Counted from the stretch's first letter, positions 29,289-38,973 are shown. The stretch: DNA of 51,593 nt from Armatimonadota bacterium (GCA_034722055.1 JAYENL010000004.1:1-51593), one strand, 5' to 3'. Notes: generated by a model from the letters alone, not told the origin. Made by a program: numbers and translations.

Positions 29289-30947
29289 TCAGTCGCGTCT
29301 CATGATCTCCTCCCGCGTCATCTCCCGAACGCTGCCATCGCGCGTGTCCACCACAGCCATACGCTCGGTGCACGAGAAACACGGGTCGAAGCTCCCGATG
29401 CCGATGGGGACGTCGGCGAGGGTGTCCCCCGCAATCATGGGCGGCACCGACTGCAGGTTGGCGTAGGTGGGCGCCCGCACACGCCAGCGCTCCGGTCGAT
29501 TGTCCTGCCCCGTCAGGACCCAGTGGAAGACCTCCCCCCGCGGAGCCTCCACTGCGCTCATCCCCTCTCGGCCGGCTGGGATCTCCTCATCGATCTCGGC
29601 CTGAACCGGCCCCGCCGGCATCGTCTCAAGCGCCTCCCGGATGACATCAATGGCCACCAGCACCTCCCTCAGCCGCACCATAACCCTCGCCAGGTTGTCG
29701 CAGCCGGACTCCACACACTTGTCCACATGCAGCTCATCGTAGGCCGCATAGGGATGGTCCACACGCGCGTCAATGGCCAGGCCTGAGCCCCGCGCCGTCG
29801 GCCCCACGGCGCATCTGACAATCGCCTCCGCCCGCGCCAGGTGTCCCACATCCTTGAGCCGGGCCATCAGCGTGGAGTCCCCCTCAATGGCGCTCAGGAG
29901 CATGCGCCACTCGCGCTCGATCTCGCCCACCACCCCCAGGATGTCCTCATGCGCAGTCTCAGGTATGTCGCGGCGCACCCCGCCGACCAGGTTCATGCCA
30001 TAGGTCTTCCGATTGCCGGTCAGCCGTTCGCACAGCCACATCAACGGCTCGCGCATGCGCCAGGTCTGCATCAGGATGGTATCGAAGCTGATGATGTGGC
30101 CGGCCACGCCCGTCCACAGCATGTGACTCTCCATGCGCTCAAGCTCCAGCAGGATGGTGCGGATGTACCGAGCGCGGCGAGGCACCTCAATCTGTGCCGC
30201 CTCTTCCACAGCCTGACAGTACACAGTGCTGTGCACGAAGCCGCATATCCCACATATCCGCTCGGCGATGAAGGGAATCTGATTGTAGGTCAGCTCGCTG
30301 CAGCCGAGCTTCTCGACGCCCCGGTGGTTGTAGAAGCCGCGATAGTCCGAGCCCACCACCGTCTCGCCGTCCACGAATATCCTGAAGCTCGCCGGCTCCT
30401 TCTGGGTGGGGAAGTAGGGGCCGATTGGCACCACCGTGGACCCCTCGGGCGGCTGCTTCATGGGAACCGCCCGGTCCTCGGCCGGCTCCGGCTTTCCGCT
30501 GGCCTCGAAGTCACACCGGAGCGGGTAGACGCCGTCCGGCCAGTCGTCCGGGACGACGAGTCGGCGGGGATCGGGATGGCCCTGGGCGCTGACGCCCATG
30601 AGGTCATACATCTCGCGCTCGCTCCAGTTCGCCCCGGGGACCGTCGGCGTAATGGAGGCTACGGTCGCCTCCTCCTCCGGGACCGCCGTGTGCAGGGCAA
30701 TGTAGCCGTCGTCCTCATCCAGCGCGAAGAAGTAGCTGAGCAGGAACCGGTCGGCTTGCTCTCGCTGGTCGGTCGCCGAGTTGACCACAAAGCGCGCGTT
30801 GAGATTGCCGCACAGCTCATCGGTGGCGTCCGCGAGGGCGTGAGGCTCGATCGTCAGGTACAGCCTCCTCTCGCCGGCCGGGGTGCACTCCAATAGAGCA
30901 TCGCCGATGCGGGCCCGGACGCTCTCCGAAACCTGTTCCGCCGTCAC
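29289..30947 (-). CDS. hyfG: Group 4 [NiFe]-hydrogenase large subunit (HyfG/HycE; fused NuoC/NuoD-like)
   Basis: L1 ERICGICGFVH and L2 DPCFSCTER Ni-binding motifs; C-terminal extension after R; N-terminal ERE.YDL.G....GHPDPRRL. Confidence 0.96.
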   Translation of the reverse strand: MTAEQVSESVRARIGDALLECTPAGERRLYLTIEPHALADATDELCGNLNARFVVNSATDQREQADRFLLSYFFALDEDDGYIALHTAVPEEEATVASITPTVPGANWSEREMYDLMGVSAQGHPDPRRLVVPDDWPDGVYPLRCDFEASGKPEPAEDRAVPMKQPPEGSTVVPIGPYFPTQKEPASFRIFVDGETVVGSDYRGFYNHRGVEKLGCSELTYNQIPFIAERICGICGFVHSTVYCQAVEEAAQIEVPRRARYIRTILLELERMESHMLWTGVAGHIISFDTILMQTWRMREPLMWLCERLTGNRKTYGMNLVGGVRRDIPETAHEDILGVVGEIEREWRMLLSAIEGDSTLMARLKDVGHLARAEAIVRCAVGPTARGSGLAIDARVDHPYAAYDELHVDKCVESGCDNLARVMVRLREVLVAIDVIREALETMPAGPVQAEIDEEIPAGREGMSAVEAPRGEVFHWVLTGQDNRPERWRVRAPTYANLQSVPPMIAGDTLADVPIGIGSFDPCFSCTERMAVVDTRDGSVREMTREEIMRRD

Positions 30948-30963
30948 CTTCGGTCCTCCTCAC

Positions 30964-33015
30964 TCACCGCGACAGCACCGCCAGAAGCACCATGACCGCC
31001 GCCGCTCCCAGCACCTGCCACGCAACGTAGGCCTGCGAGCGGCCGGTGTGCGGGCGACCCACCTGCCGGGCTATCCAACGCGCGAGGCCGGCCAGACGGT
31101 CGAAGGCCCAGCGGTCCACATCCAGGATCGCCGGCAGCGTCAGCTCGGGTATGCGCGGCAGCCCGATCTGCGGGTAGACGCGCTGGAGGTAGCGGCGCAC
31201 AGGCCAGTAGTAGCCCCTCGCCGGAACCCTGAGCTGGTGCGCGGGAAGGTCCAGGCCGGCCTGCCACCCCGCCACCTGCCTGATGCGGGCCCGCCCCGCC
31301 CTGCTCAGCCCCCAGGCTATCAGGCAGGCCACGGCGATCAGCACCAACACCAGGAGCGGGGCGAAGGCGGCGCTGGGCCCTGGCCCGGTGATCTGCGACG
31401 CCACACCGGTGATGCCGAGCTGCGGGAAGGGTCTCCCCACGCCCACCGCTGCCACCTCTCCCCAGGCGGAGAGGCCGGGCTCGATGAGCAGTGCCGGCCA
31501 CACCCCCACAAGCACGCATCCCGCGGCCAACAAAAGCTGCGGGACACGCATGCCGCGGGGAACCTCCGTCACCTCTGTGAGCTCGCGCCCTTCCGGCGCG
31601 GCGCCGACGAACGTGGCACCGACGTACTTCAGCCCGTAGGCCAGAGACAGGACGCTGCCGACAACGGCCGCCACTGCGTATGCCGCCAGCAGCGGCTGGG
31701 CGCCGGCCTGCAGGAGGGCCGCCTGCAGGATCAGCCACTTGCCGAGAAAGCCGGCCATCGGCGGAATGCCGGCCACTGACAACACGCCCACCGCCGCCGT
31801 CGCCGCCGTCAGCGGCATTCGCTCCGCCAGCGCCCCCAGCTCATTGAGGTCCGTGGTCCCCGTCCTGTGGCGCACGGAGCCGGCCGAGAGGAACAGCAGG
31901 GACTTGTGAAGGCCGTCGGCGACGACGAACACCACGGCACCGACGAAGGCCAGGGCGGCCGCCGCCGGAGCCGAGGTCACAAGGGCCACAGCCACCCCGA
32001 TCGACAGCAGCACGCAGCCGGCCTGGCTGATGCTGCTGTAGGCCAGGAGCCGCTTCGCGTCGCTGTTCACCGCCGCTGCGATGCCTCCGAGCAGGATCGA
32101 CAGCGCGCCCCAGCCGGCCAGGACGAGTCCCCACACCACCAGTGTTCCGGCGCCGGGGCCGGCTGGGATAAAGAGCCCCAGGAAGAAGCGGATGATCCCG
32201 TAGGCTCCCAGCTTGATCATCACGCCGGAAAGCAGCGCGCTGATGGGCGAGGGCGCCTCTGGATGCGCGTCAGGGAGCCAGTCGCCCATCGGGAAGATGC
32301 CGGCCTTGGTCATGAATCCCAGGGCCACGAGGGCCATGATGGCGTTGGCCGTGAACGGTCGAGACGCCAGAAGCTGGGAGAGGCCGAGCCGCGCCGCCTC
32401 GAAGCTGAAGCTGCCGCCGTGCCGGTAGAGCATGAGGATGCCGATCTGGATGCCGAAGTTGCCCAGGTGGGTCATGACGAAGTACTTCAGCCCCGCACGC
32501 AGCGCCTGCGGCCGCCGCCTGTGGTAGATGATGAGGATGTAGGCGGGCAGGGACATGAACTCCCAGGCCGCGAAGAAGAACAGCAGATCGGAGATGCAGA
32601 CCACCGCCGCCATACCGGTCAGCAGCAGCATCAGTGGGGCGTAGTACCCGGCGAGATCGCGTCCCTCATTGCCACTGGAGCGAGCGCTCTGTGGGTCCAG
32701 GTGGGCGACACTGTAGGCCGTGCACAGCAGGCCCACTGCGAGAGCAAGCCACAGGAAGATCACGCCGAGGGTATCCAGCCGGAATGTCAGCGCAGCGTCG
32801 ATGAGGCCGACCCGGCCCAGCGAGAAGACGAGGCCCCCTGGTGACCCCAAGGCTGTGGCCCCGGCATTCAGGCCCAGGGCGCCGGCAACGGCGACCGCGG
32901 CCGTCACGGCCCATCCGCAGATCCGCGGCCTCCGACCCAGGATCAGCGCGATCACAGCACCGCCCAGCAGGGCCGCGAACATCAGTTGCAGGCTCATACC
33001 GCCTGGCAGTGGCAT
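30964..33015 (-). CDS. hyfB: Antiporter-like membrane subunit HyfB/HycC
   Basis: WE.MS, YFVMTH, KAG..P..WLPDAHPEAPSPISALLSGVMIK, KRLLAYSS, HKSLLFL. Confidence 0.85.
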   Translation of the reverse strand: MPLPGGMSLQLMFAALLGGAVIALILGRRPRICGWAVTAAVAVAGALGLNAGATALGSPGGLVFSLGRVGLIDAALTFRLDTLGVIFLWLALAVGLLCTAYSVAHLDPQSARSSGNEGRDLAGYYAPLMLLLTGMAAVVCISDLLFFFAAWEFMSLPAYILIIYHRRRPQALRAGLKYFVMTHLGNFGIQIGILMLYRHGGSFSFEAARLGLSQLLASRPFTANAIMALVALGFMTKAGIFPMGDWLPDAHPEAPSPISALLSGVMIKLGAYGIIRFFLGLFIPAGPGAGTLVVWGLVLAGWGALSILLGGIAAAVNSDAKRLLAYSSISQAGCVLLSIGVAVALVTSAPAAAALAFVGAVVFVVADGLHKSLLFLSAGSVRHRTGTTDLNELGALAERMPLTAATAAVGVLSVAGIPPMAGFLGKWLILQAALLQAGAQPLLAAYAVAAVVGSVLSLAYGLKYVGATFVGAAPEGRELTEVTEVPRGMRVPQLLLAAGCVLVGVWPALLIEPGLSAWGEVAAVGVGRPFPQLGITGVASQITGPGPSAAFAPLLVLVLIAVACLIAWGLSRAGRARIRQVAGWQAGLDLPAHQLRVPARGYYWPVRRYLQRVYPQIGLPRIPELTLPAILDVDRWAFDRLAGLARWIARQVGRPHTGRSQAYVAWQVLGAAAVMVLLAVLSR

Positions 33016-33093
33016 TCCTGGACCTCCGCGATTGTGCGCAAGCGTCGAGCACGCCGGCGATCTACCGACAAATGACCTGCCGCAGCCGCCCTG

Positions 33094-34590
33094 TCAGATT
33101 GGCTGTGGCGGCAGGAAGGGCAGCGCGATGAGCGGCGCCAGCAGGCACAGAACCACGAGCGCGCCGATCACCGCGGCCATGGGCCGCGGCACCTCGACCG
33201 CCTCGTCCGCCGCAGCCGAGGGCTCTCCGAAGAAGACTCGCTGCCCCACCCGCAGGAACCAGAAGAGCGCCAGCGTGGCCTCTATCACCAGTGACACGTC
33301 CAGCAGCATCGCCACGCCTCCGCCCAGCTTCACCACCGCTCCAGCAAGCAGCACCTTGCTCCAGAAGCATGACAGCGGCGGGATGCCGCAAACGGCCATA
33401 AGGCCCACCCCGAAGGCGAAGGAGCTCCACGGCATCCGCGCGCCCAGGCCGCTGAGCCTGCTGATGCTCCGGGAGCCCGTGGCGTATGCCACGCCGCCCA
33501 CGACCAGGAACAGCAGCGTCTTGGCGAAGCCGTGCATCATGATATGGAGCATGGCAGCCTGGAAGCCCAGCCATACACCTGCAGCGCCTAAACCCAGGCC
33601 GAAGAGCACGTAGCCGAGGTGTGTGATGGTCGAGAAGGCCAGCAGGCGGTTCAGATCGTCCTGCAGGAAATAGAAGTAGAGGCCGATCAGCATGGTGACC
33701 AGCGCCGCCACGGCCACCCCCACGCCCAGGCCAGGTAGCGCCGAGACGGCGATATAGGAGCCGTGAATGACACGGGCCATCAGGAAGACCCCCGCCTTGA
33801 CCATGGCCGCGGCGTGCAGGTAGGCCGAGATGGGGGTGGGGGCGGCTATGGCGTCTGGCAGCCAGGTGAAGAACGGGACCTGAGCGGCCTTCGCCCACGC
33901 CGCCACCAGGAGCATCAGAAAGCCCGCCACGGCCACCTCCCTGGGCGCCCTCGCCAGCGCGTCGAAGCCGAAGTCGCCGGCGAAGGCATACGCCAGCAGC
34001 AGGGCGCCGACGAACAGCACCCCGCCGGCGCCGGTCATGACCAGAGCCTTGTAGCCCGCCGCATTCGCCTCGCGCGTGTTGTAGAAGGAGATCAGTGCCC
34101 ACGAGCATATGGTGGTCAGTTCCCAGAAGACGAACATCTGCAGCAGGTTCGGCGACATGGCCAGCCCCACCATGGCCGCCAGGAACATTAACAGCCAGAA
34201 GTAGTAGCGGCCCTTGCCGTCTTCGGTGACGTGCTCGCGGTTGCGCGGCGAGAGGTACTCGGCGGAGAACAGCACCACCAGCAGGCCGATGACCACCGCC
34301 ACTATCAGCAGGATCATGCAGAGGCCGTCGATGAGCAGGCCGAACTCGCCCGCCTCGCCCGGCAGCCACGGCATCAGCGACCAGGTCGCCCGCAGCGGCG
34401 CCGCCACACCGGCGTGGCTGAAGGTCGCCAGCAGGCCCAGCATGGCGAGCAGGGCGCCCGAGGCGCCCAGCGTCCCGAACGTATCAGCGCCGCGACCCTT
34501 CTGCGTCGCCGCCAGCATCGCCCCGAGTACAGGCAGCAGCAACGCTCCTGCGGCGTACCACTGCCAGCCCACGGTCTCCATCATCGCCAT
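33094..34590 (-). CDS. hyfD: Antiporter-like membrane subunit HyfD
   Basis: YLSPRNREH...RYY (HyfD signature), AKAAQ.P..WLPDA..APTP.SAYLHAA.MVK. Confidence 0.88.
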   Translation of the reverse strand: MAMMETVGWQWYAAGALLLPVLGAMLAATQKGRGADTFGTLGASGALLAMLGLLATFSHAGVAAPLRATWSLMPWLPGEAGEFGLLIDGLCMILLIVAVVIGLLVVLFSAEYLSPRNREHVTEDGKGRYYFWLLMFLAAMVGLAMSPNLLQMFVFWELTTICSWALISFYNTREANAAGYKALVMTGAGGVLFVGALLLAYAFAGDFGFDALARAPREVAVAGFLMLLVAAWAKAAQVPFFTWLPDAIAAPTPISAYLHAAAMVKAGVFLMARVIHGSYIAVSALPGLGVGVAVAALVTMLIGLYFYFLQDDLNRLLAFSTITHLGYVLFGLGLGAAGVWLGFQAAMLHIMMHGFAKTLLFLVVGGVAYATGSRSISRLSGLGARMPWSSFAFGVGLMAVCGIPPLSCFWSKVLLAGAVVKLGGGVAMLLDVSLVIEATLALFWFLRVGQRVFFGEPSAAADEAVEVPRPMAAVIGALVVLCLLAPLIALPFLPPQPI

Positions 34591-34629
34591 GTGCTATCCA
34601 CCCTGGCGCCGTCTTCGCTGGCCCTACTG

Positions 34630-35052
34630 CTAAGTCGCAGAAGTCCGCGTACCTTCCTACGTCCCGACAAGGCGCGTGCCCGCCATGGAGGGACCGCCGC
34701 GAGCGGAGCGAGCGGGGCGCGGTCAGGAGCGGTAGCAACTGACCGCGCAGGTTCCACCCCGGCCCACTGGAGACCTTCGGTCTCACGGAGACCTTCGGTC
34801 TCGCGGGCTTCCAGCCCGACCATCAGCGCAGGCGCCCCCGCCTGCGCGCGGTTTAGCCGCTCGGTAGAGCTACCTCCCGGGCCGGGGTGGAACCTGAGGC
34901 CTGCTCGCTGGGAGACTTCTACGAAGTCTCAGTCACAGGCCTCACCGGGTGCTGCGCGCCCGGCGTGCCCCTCCACCGGACACGGTGGGTTCCTGACGCA
35001 ACCAAGCGCCGACTGTGCCCGTCGTCAAGGTACGCGGAACTGCGCAAGTCAG
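34630..35052. mobile_element. MITE-like structured element, copy B, with nested hairpins
   Basis: Imperfect TIR (19/26 over 34628-34653 vs 35029-35054); perfect 17-bp stem 34749-34765/34879-34895; two GAGACCTTCGGTCTC hairpins; homologous to copy A. Confidence 0.75.
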
Positions 35053-35079
35053 CACTATCCCGTCTGCCGGTTGCGCGCA

Positions 35080-35904
35080 CTACTCGCCCAGCTCCCTGAG
35101 CTGCGCCTGCGTGAAGACCGGGCCGTCGAGGCAGACGTAGGTGCCGTCCACGGCACAGTGCCCGCACTTGCCCACTCCGCACGCCATTCGGCGCTCGAGT
35201 GACAGGAAGATCCGATCATCCTGCAGGCCGGCTTCGTGGCACTCAGCCACCACGAAGGGGTACATCACGGGCGGCCCGCAGATCACCGCGCTCGTGCCCG
35301 CCGGGTCTACGGTGATGTCTCTGAACAGCTCAGTGACCATGCCCACGCGGCCATCCCAGTCGGGGTGTGGCCTGTCGATGGTCAGGAGCAGGTCCATCTC
35401 GTCGCTGTGCTCCCACTCCTGCACCAGATCCCGGAACAGAATCTCGTCGGGCGTGCGCGCTCCGTACAGCACGGTCAGGTCGCCATAGAGGTGGCGCTCC
35501 CTGAGGATGGTCTCGATCAGCGCTCTGAGTGGCGCCATCCCGATGCCGCCGGCGACCACCAGCACATCTCCGGCCCGCAGCCGGTCAAGCGGAAAGCCGT
35601 TGCCGAAGGGGCCGCGGATGCCGATGTAGTCGCCCGGCTGCAGAGCGTGCAGGGCCTCCGTCACCCGCCCGCCCGGATAGCGCCGGACGGTGATCTGCAG
35701 CCCGCCATCCGCTCGGGAGGCGCTGGAGAGAGCGAACGGCGCCTCCCCGCTGCCGAAGACGGTCACCGTGACGAACTGCCCGGGGGTGTAGGGTAGGTCC
35801 TCGCCGTCAAGAAGCTCGAAGACGATTGTCCTCTCCGTCTCGGTCTCGGAGATTGCCTTGACCAGTCTCGCCGTGCGCGGCAGATAGATGTGTTCCTCGC
35901 TCAT
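35080..35904 (-). CDS. FAD/NAD(P)-binding 2Fe-2S oxidoreductase (AsrB / sulfhydrogenase gamma-like)
   Basis: PGQF, RGPFGNGF, AGGIGMAP, CGPPVM, ERRMACGVGKCGHC...CLDGPVF; ATGA overlap with the upstream gene. Confidence 0.92.
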   Translation of the reverse strand: MSEEHIYLPRTARLVKAISETETERTIVFELLDGEDLPYTPGQFVTVTVFGSGEAPFALSSASRADGGLQITVRRYPGGRVTEALHALQPGDYIGIRGPFGNGFPLDRLRAGDVLVVAGGIGMAPLRALIETILRERHLYGDLTVLYGARTPDEILFRDLVQEWEHSDEMDLLLTIDRPHPDWDGRVGMVTELFRDITVDPAGTSAVICGPPVMYPFVVAECHEAGLQDDRIFLSLERRMACGVGKCGHCAVDGTYVCLDGPVFTQAQLRELGE

Positions 35905-36995
35905 TGTCCCCCACCGCTGCTGGCTGCAGCCTCTGCGGCCTCCCAGCCGCGCTCTCGGAACTGTTCGGCCACGAATGGCAGGTGTGTCCGGCCCAGGCAG
36001 AGCTGCACGCACCGCCCGCAGCCGACGCAGCCCGGCCTGCCGTACTCCTGCGTCGTCTCGTAGCAGAGCTTGTGGTGCGCGTAGTGTCGCGCCCGGCTGG
36101 CCTCGTCGGCCCTTGGATTGACGCCGCTGGCCTCCAGGCAATAGCCCGCGTAGCGGCAGGAGTCCCAGCAGCGCATCCGCGCTCCAGTGCCGTCCTCCAT
36201 GATGTCGTAGGTGTCAAAGCAGGTGCACACCGGACACGCGAGCGAGCAGCTCCCGCAGGAGAAGCATTTGTCTCCGAGATCCCGCCAGACACTCTGGGGC
36301 GCCTGCTTGCCGGTTATCCACCGCGTGGCCGCGGCCAGATTCCCCCTCTGCTCGAACTGCTCCCAGGACCGCCGTACCTGCTCCTCGCGGGCCCCGAACA
36401 GATCGCCCTCACAGGGAGACAGTACTCCCTCGGCCCTCTGGGCGAGCTCGGCGCCTCGATCGCTGCCCACCTCCACCAGGTACGTGCCACTGACCGGAGA
36501 CAGTTGGAGATCGAAGCCCGAGGTGGCCACCGGGCCGGCGTCCGAGCAGGTACACCAGCACGTCTCCGACACGGGGCCGGGGCAGGACAGGGCCACGACC
36601 GTTGTGCTCCTGCGGCGGGCCGCATAGACGTCATCAACGAACTCCCCGTCGAGGAAGAAGCTGTCCAGATACTCCAGCGCAGCGACGTCGCAGGGCCGGA
36701 TGCCGAATATCAGTTGAGAGGGCGGCGGATCGGGGACGTAAAGTTGCGGCGGCTGGCCCTCCAGGAGGGCGTACTCGAAGAGCGCCTCCCGGGATGGGAA
36801 CACGTAGGAGACCGGTGAGATGATGGGGTTGCCGAAGTCAAGCGTCACCTGCTCCGACGCGGACACGGGCGCAAAGACCACGTCCCCGTACAGCCCGCGC
36901 ACCGGAGCGACGAAGCGCTCCGCCGCTGGCAGCACGCGGTCGAGGAAGGTCTGCAATCCGTCCGGCTCCAGGCAGTAGCTCCTCTCGCCGTCCAC
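35901..36995 (-). CDS. 4Fe-4S dicluster protein (AsrA / sulfhydrogenase beta-like)
   Basis: FGIRPCD, C.....TCWC, CFSCGSCSLACPVCTCF, WDSC, CVGCGRCVQLC. Confidence 0.92.
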   Translation of the reverse strand: MDGERSYCLEPDGLQTFLDRVLPAAERFVAPVRGLYGDVVFAPVSASEQVTLDFGNPIISPVSYVFPSREALFEYALLEGQPPQLYVPDPPPSQLIFGIRPCDVAALEYLDSFFLDGEFVDDVYAARRRSTTVVALSCPGPVSETCWCTCSDAGPVATSGFDLQLSPVSGTYLVEVGSDRGAELAQRAEGVLSPCEGDLFGAREEQVRRSWEQFEQRGNLAAATRWITGKQAPQSVWRDLGDKCFSCGSCSLACPVCTCFDTYDIMEDGTGARMRCWDSCRYAGYCLEASGVNPRADEASRARHYAHHKLCYETTQEYGRPGCVGCGRCVQLCLGRTHLPFVAEQFRERGWEAAEAAASSGGGQ

Positions 36996-37101
36996 GGTCC
37001 AGCACCACCTATGTCATCGTCCGGCGCGATGTCGCCTCAGTCCCGGTGGCCTATCTCGCCACCGATAGCGCCTTGCAAGCCGTTCCGGGCCCACGCGTAT
37101 C

Positions 37102-38973
37102 TCACTGATCGGCTGCCACACTCTCGATTGCTGCCGGCTCAAGCCTTGCCTCGACCCCACCATGCCGTGGGTCCACCTCATCGGCGCCGAGAGCCACGTG
37201 CGCCAGCTCAGCGAACCTCGACGGAAGCACAACCACCGGTGCCGGCACCCCCTCTGAGACGCGAGCCGCCAGCTCGATCTCCCCGTGTGCCGTGCTCACC
37301 CTGACCCGATGCCCGCGTTCAATGCGAAGCTGAGCCAGGTACTCGGGAGCTACCAGACAGTACGGTTGGCGGTGAGCTTTCGCCTCGCGCCGCAACAGCT
37401 CGGAGGCCTGGCAGCGCGGGTCGGCCGTCCACGAGCCCTCGTCGTGTCGCGTAACCAGCAGGAACGGTCGGTCCGGCTCAGGCTCGGCAGCGGGCGGCGC
37501 AGGCTCCGGCGGATGCGTCCGCCTCTCCCGATCCGGGCTCGCCAGCGTCCGCACCTCTCCCGGCTCGCCGCTGCGCAATCGCGACAGGCCTATGTTCGCA
37601 TAGGCGGGCACCTCGCGCTCCAGCTCCTCCCAGATCGCTTCGAGGCTCTCCCACCTGGTCATCTCACAGAGTCGGCTGCCCAGGAGGCCCAGGACCTCAT
37701 TCAGCGGCCGAGCCTCGCCCGGTGGCTCGACCGCCCCCTGGTTCCACCACACCCGTCCGTCAACCGTCCGTATGCTGCCCTCCTTCTCGCCTACGGCCGC
37801 CATCGGCAGGACGACGTCCGCCAGCTCCGTGGTGGGGGAGGTGAAGCTGCTGATGGCGACGAGCGTCTCCAACCGCTCCCGCACCTGTGACAGCCTGTCC
37901 GGGCCGATCCACCGAGATAGATCGTCACCCACAACCACCAGCGCGCGCAACTCGGACGTCTCCGATAGCATGGCGCCTGCGCTATGGCCGGCTCCTGTCC
38001 CGCCACCCGCGCCTGCTCGGAGCATGTCGGTGACGCCGAAGGCGTTCGAGCCCGAGGGGAAGACGTAGAGCCCGGCGGCGCGAGACGCGTCTCCGCCGAC
38101 CTGCCCGGCGACCCGGGCAACCATGGCGGCGGCTTCCGCCGAGCGAATCGCGGCCGATGAGAGCACGATCGCTACGGCTTCGCTGCTGTGAAGCCGGGCA
38201 CGCAGCTCTTCTGCCGCCTGGGGGGAGGTGAGTGCCGTGTGCGCTTGGTCAGTGGAGCCAGGTCCCTGGCCCCGGTCGCAGAGCCAGCGCAATGCCGCGG
38301 GCCTCCCGCCCGGCAGGTGCCGTGCCCACACTGCTGCCCACGTCTCCATGCCCTGGTCCACCTCGTCGAGCAGCAGCAGGTCCGCGCCTCGCTCCACCCC
38401 TCGGATCACCGCAGCCGCCGCCCGAGGATGAAGGAACTGGATGTTCGAGTTCAGGCACAGGATGACGTCGGCCGCGCGGAGATGCTCGAGGTCGTCACCG
38501 GCATAAGGCTGACCGAAGCCCTGCTCTATCCCCCACAGGGCCGCGGCGTCGGTAATGGCGCTAAGGCCATCGATGTGCGGGGTCCCCAGCACCTCCCGGG
38601 CGAAAGCCTGCGCGGAGAAGGCCTCCTCATTGGTCAGATGCGGCGCCAGCAGCACGCCGACGGCCGACGGATCCCGGGATGACACATCCTCAAGGCCCCC
38701 CACAGCCTCCGTCACCGCTTCGTCGAGGGAGACCCGTCTCTGCGCACCCCCGGTGCCCTGGAGGCAAAACAAAAGCCGGCGACTGCTGGCAAGCAGATGA
38801 CCGACTTGCCACCCGCGCATACATAGCCCGTGCGAGGCCCACATCCCGCCGGCAGCGGGACCAACGTCCACGATGGGCCGTGTCAGACTGCTCCGGCGCC
38901 GCGCGCGCAGCGTTAGACCGCACGCGCAGCCGCACAGAGGACACGCGGCAAACCCGACTGGCTCCGGACGCAT
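37102..38973 (-). CDS. FdhF/NuoG-like molybdopterin-oxidoreductase homolog, predicted catalytically inactive
   Basis: CPLCGCAC...C 4Fe-4S motif; TNEEA; ADVVLP.....EKEGS; C-terminal double-psi barrel; catalytic Sec/Cys, His and Arg absent. Confidence 0.85.
   Translation of the reverse strand: MRPEPVGFAACPLCGCACGLTLRARRRSSLTRPIVDVGPAAGGMWASHGLCMRGWQVGHLLASSRRLLFCLQGTGGAQRRVSLDEAVTEAVGGLEDVSSRDPSAVGVLLAPHLTNEEAFSAQAFAREVLGTPHIDGLSAITDAAALWGIEQGFGQPYAGDDLEHLRAADVILCLNSNIQFLHPRAAAAVIRGVERGADLLLLDEVDQGMETWAAVWARHLPGGRPAALRWLCDRGQGPGSTDQAHTALTSPQAAEELRARLHSSEAVAIVLSSAAIRSAEAAAMVARVAGQVGGDASRAAGLYVFPSGSNAFGVTDMLRAGAGGGTGAGHSAGAMLSETSELRALVVVGDDLSRWIGPDRLSQVRERLETLVAISSFTSPTTELADVVLPMAAVGEKEGSIRTVDGRVWWNQGAVEPPGEARPLNEVLGLLGSRLCEMTRWESLEAIWEELEREVPAYANIGLSRLRSGEPGEVRTLASPDRERRTHPPEPAPPAAEPEPDRPFLLVTRHDEGSWTADPRCQASELLRREAKAHRQPYCLVAPEYLAQLRIERGHRVRVSTAHGEIELAARVSEGVPAPVVVLPSRFAELAHVALGADEVDPRHGGVEARLEPAAIESVAADQ

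Noticed and set aside
24576..34590. NADH dehydrogenase (nuo) or Ni-less Ehr/Mbx complex
   Set aside because: The large subunit retains both CxxC Ni-binding motifs and a maturation tail
35080..36995. Anaerobic sulfite reductase or group 3b hydrogenase operon
   Set aside because: No AsrC siroheme subunit and no group 3b alpha/delta subunits adjacent
37102..38973. Selenocysteine-containing formate dehydrogenase
   Set aside because: No in-frame TGA; the Sec position aligns to Thr
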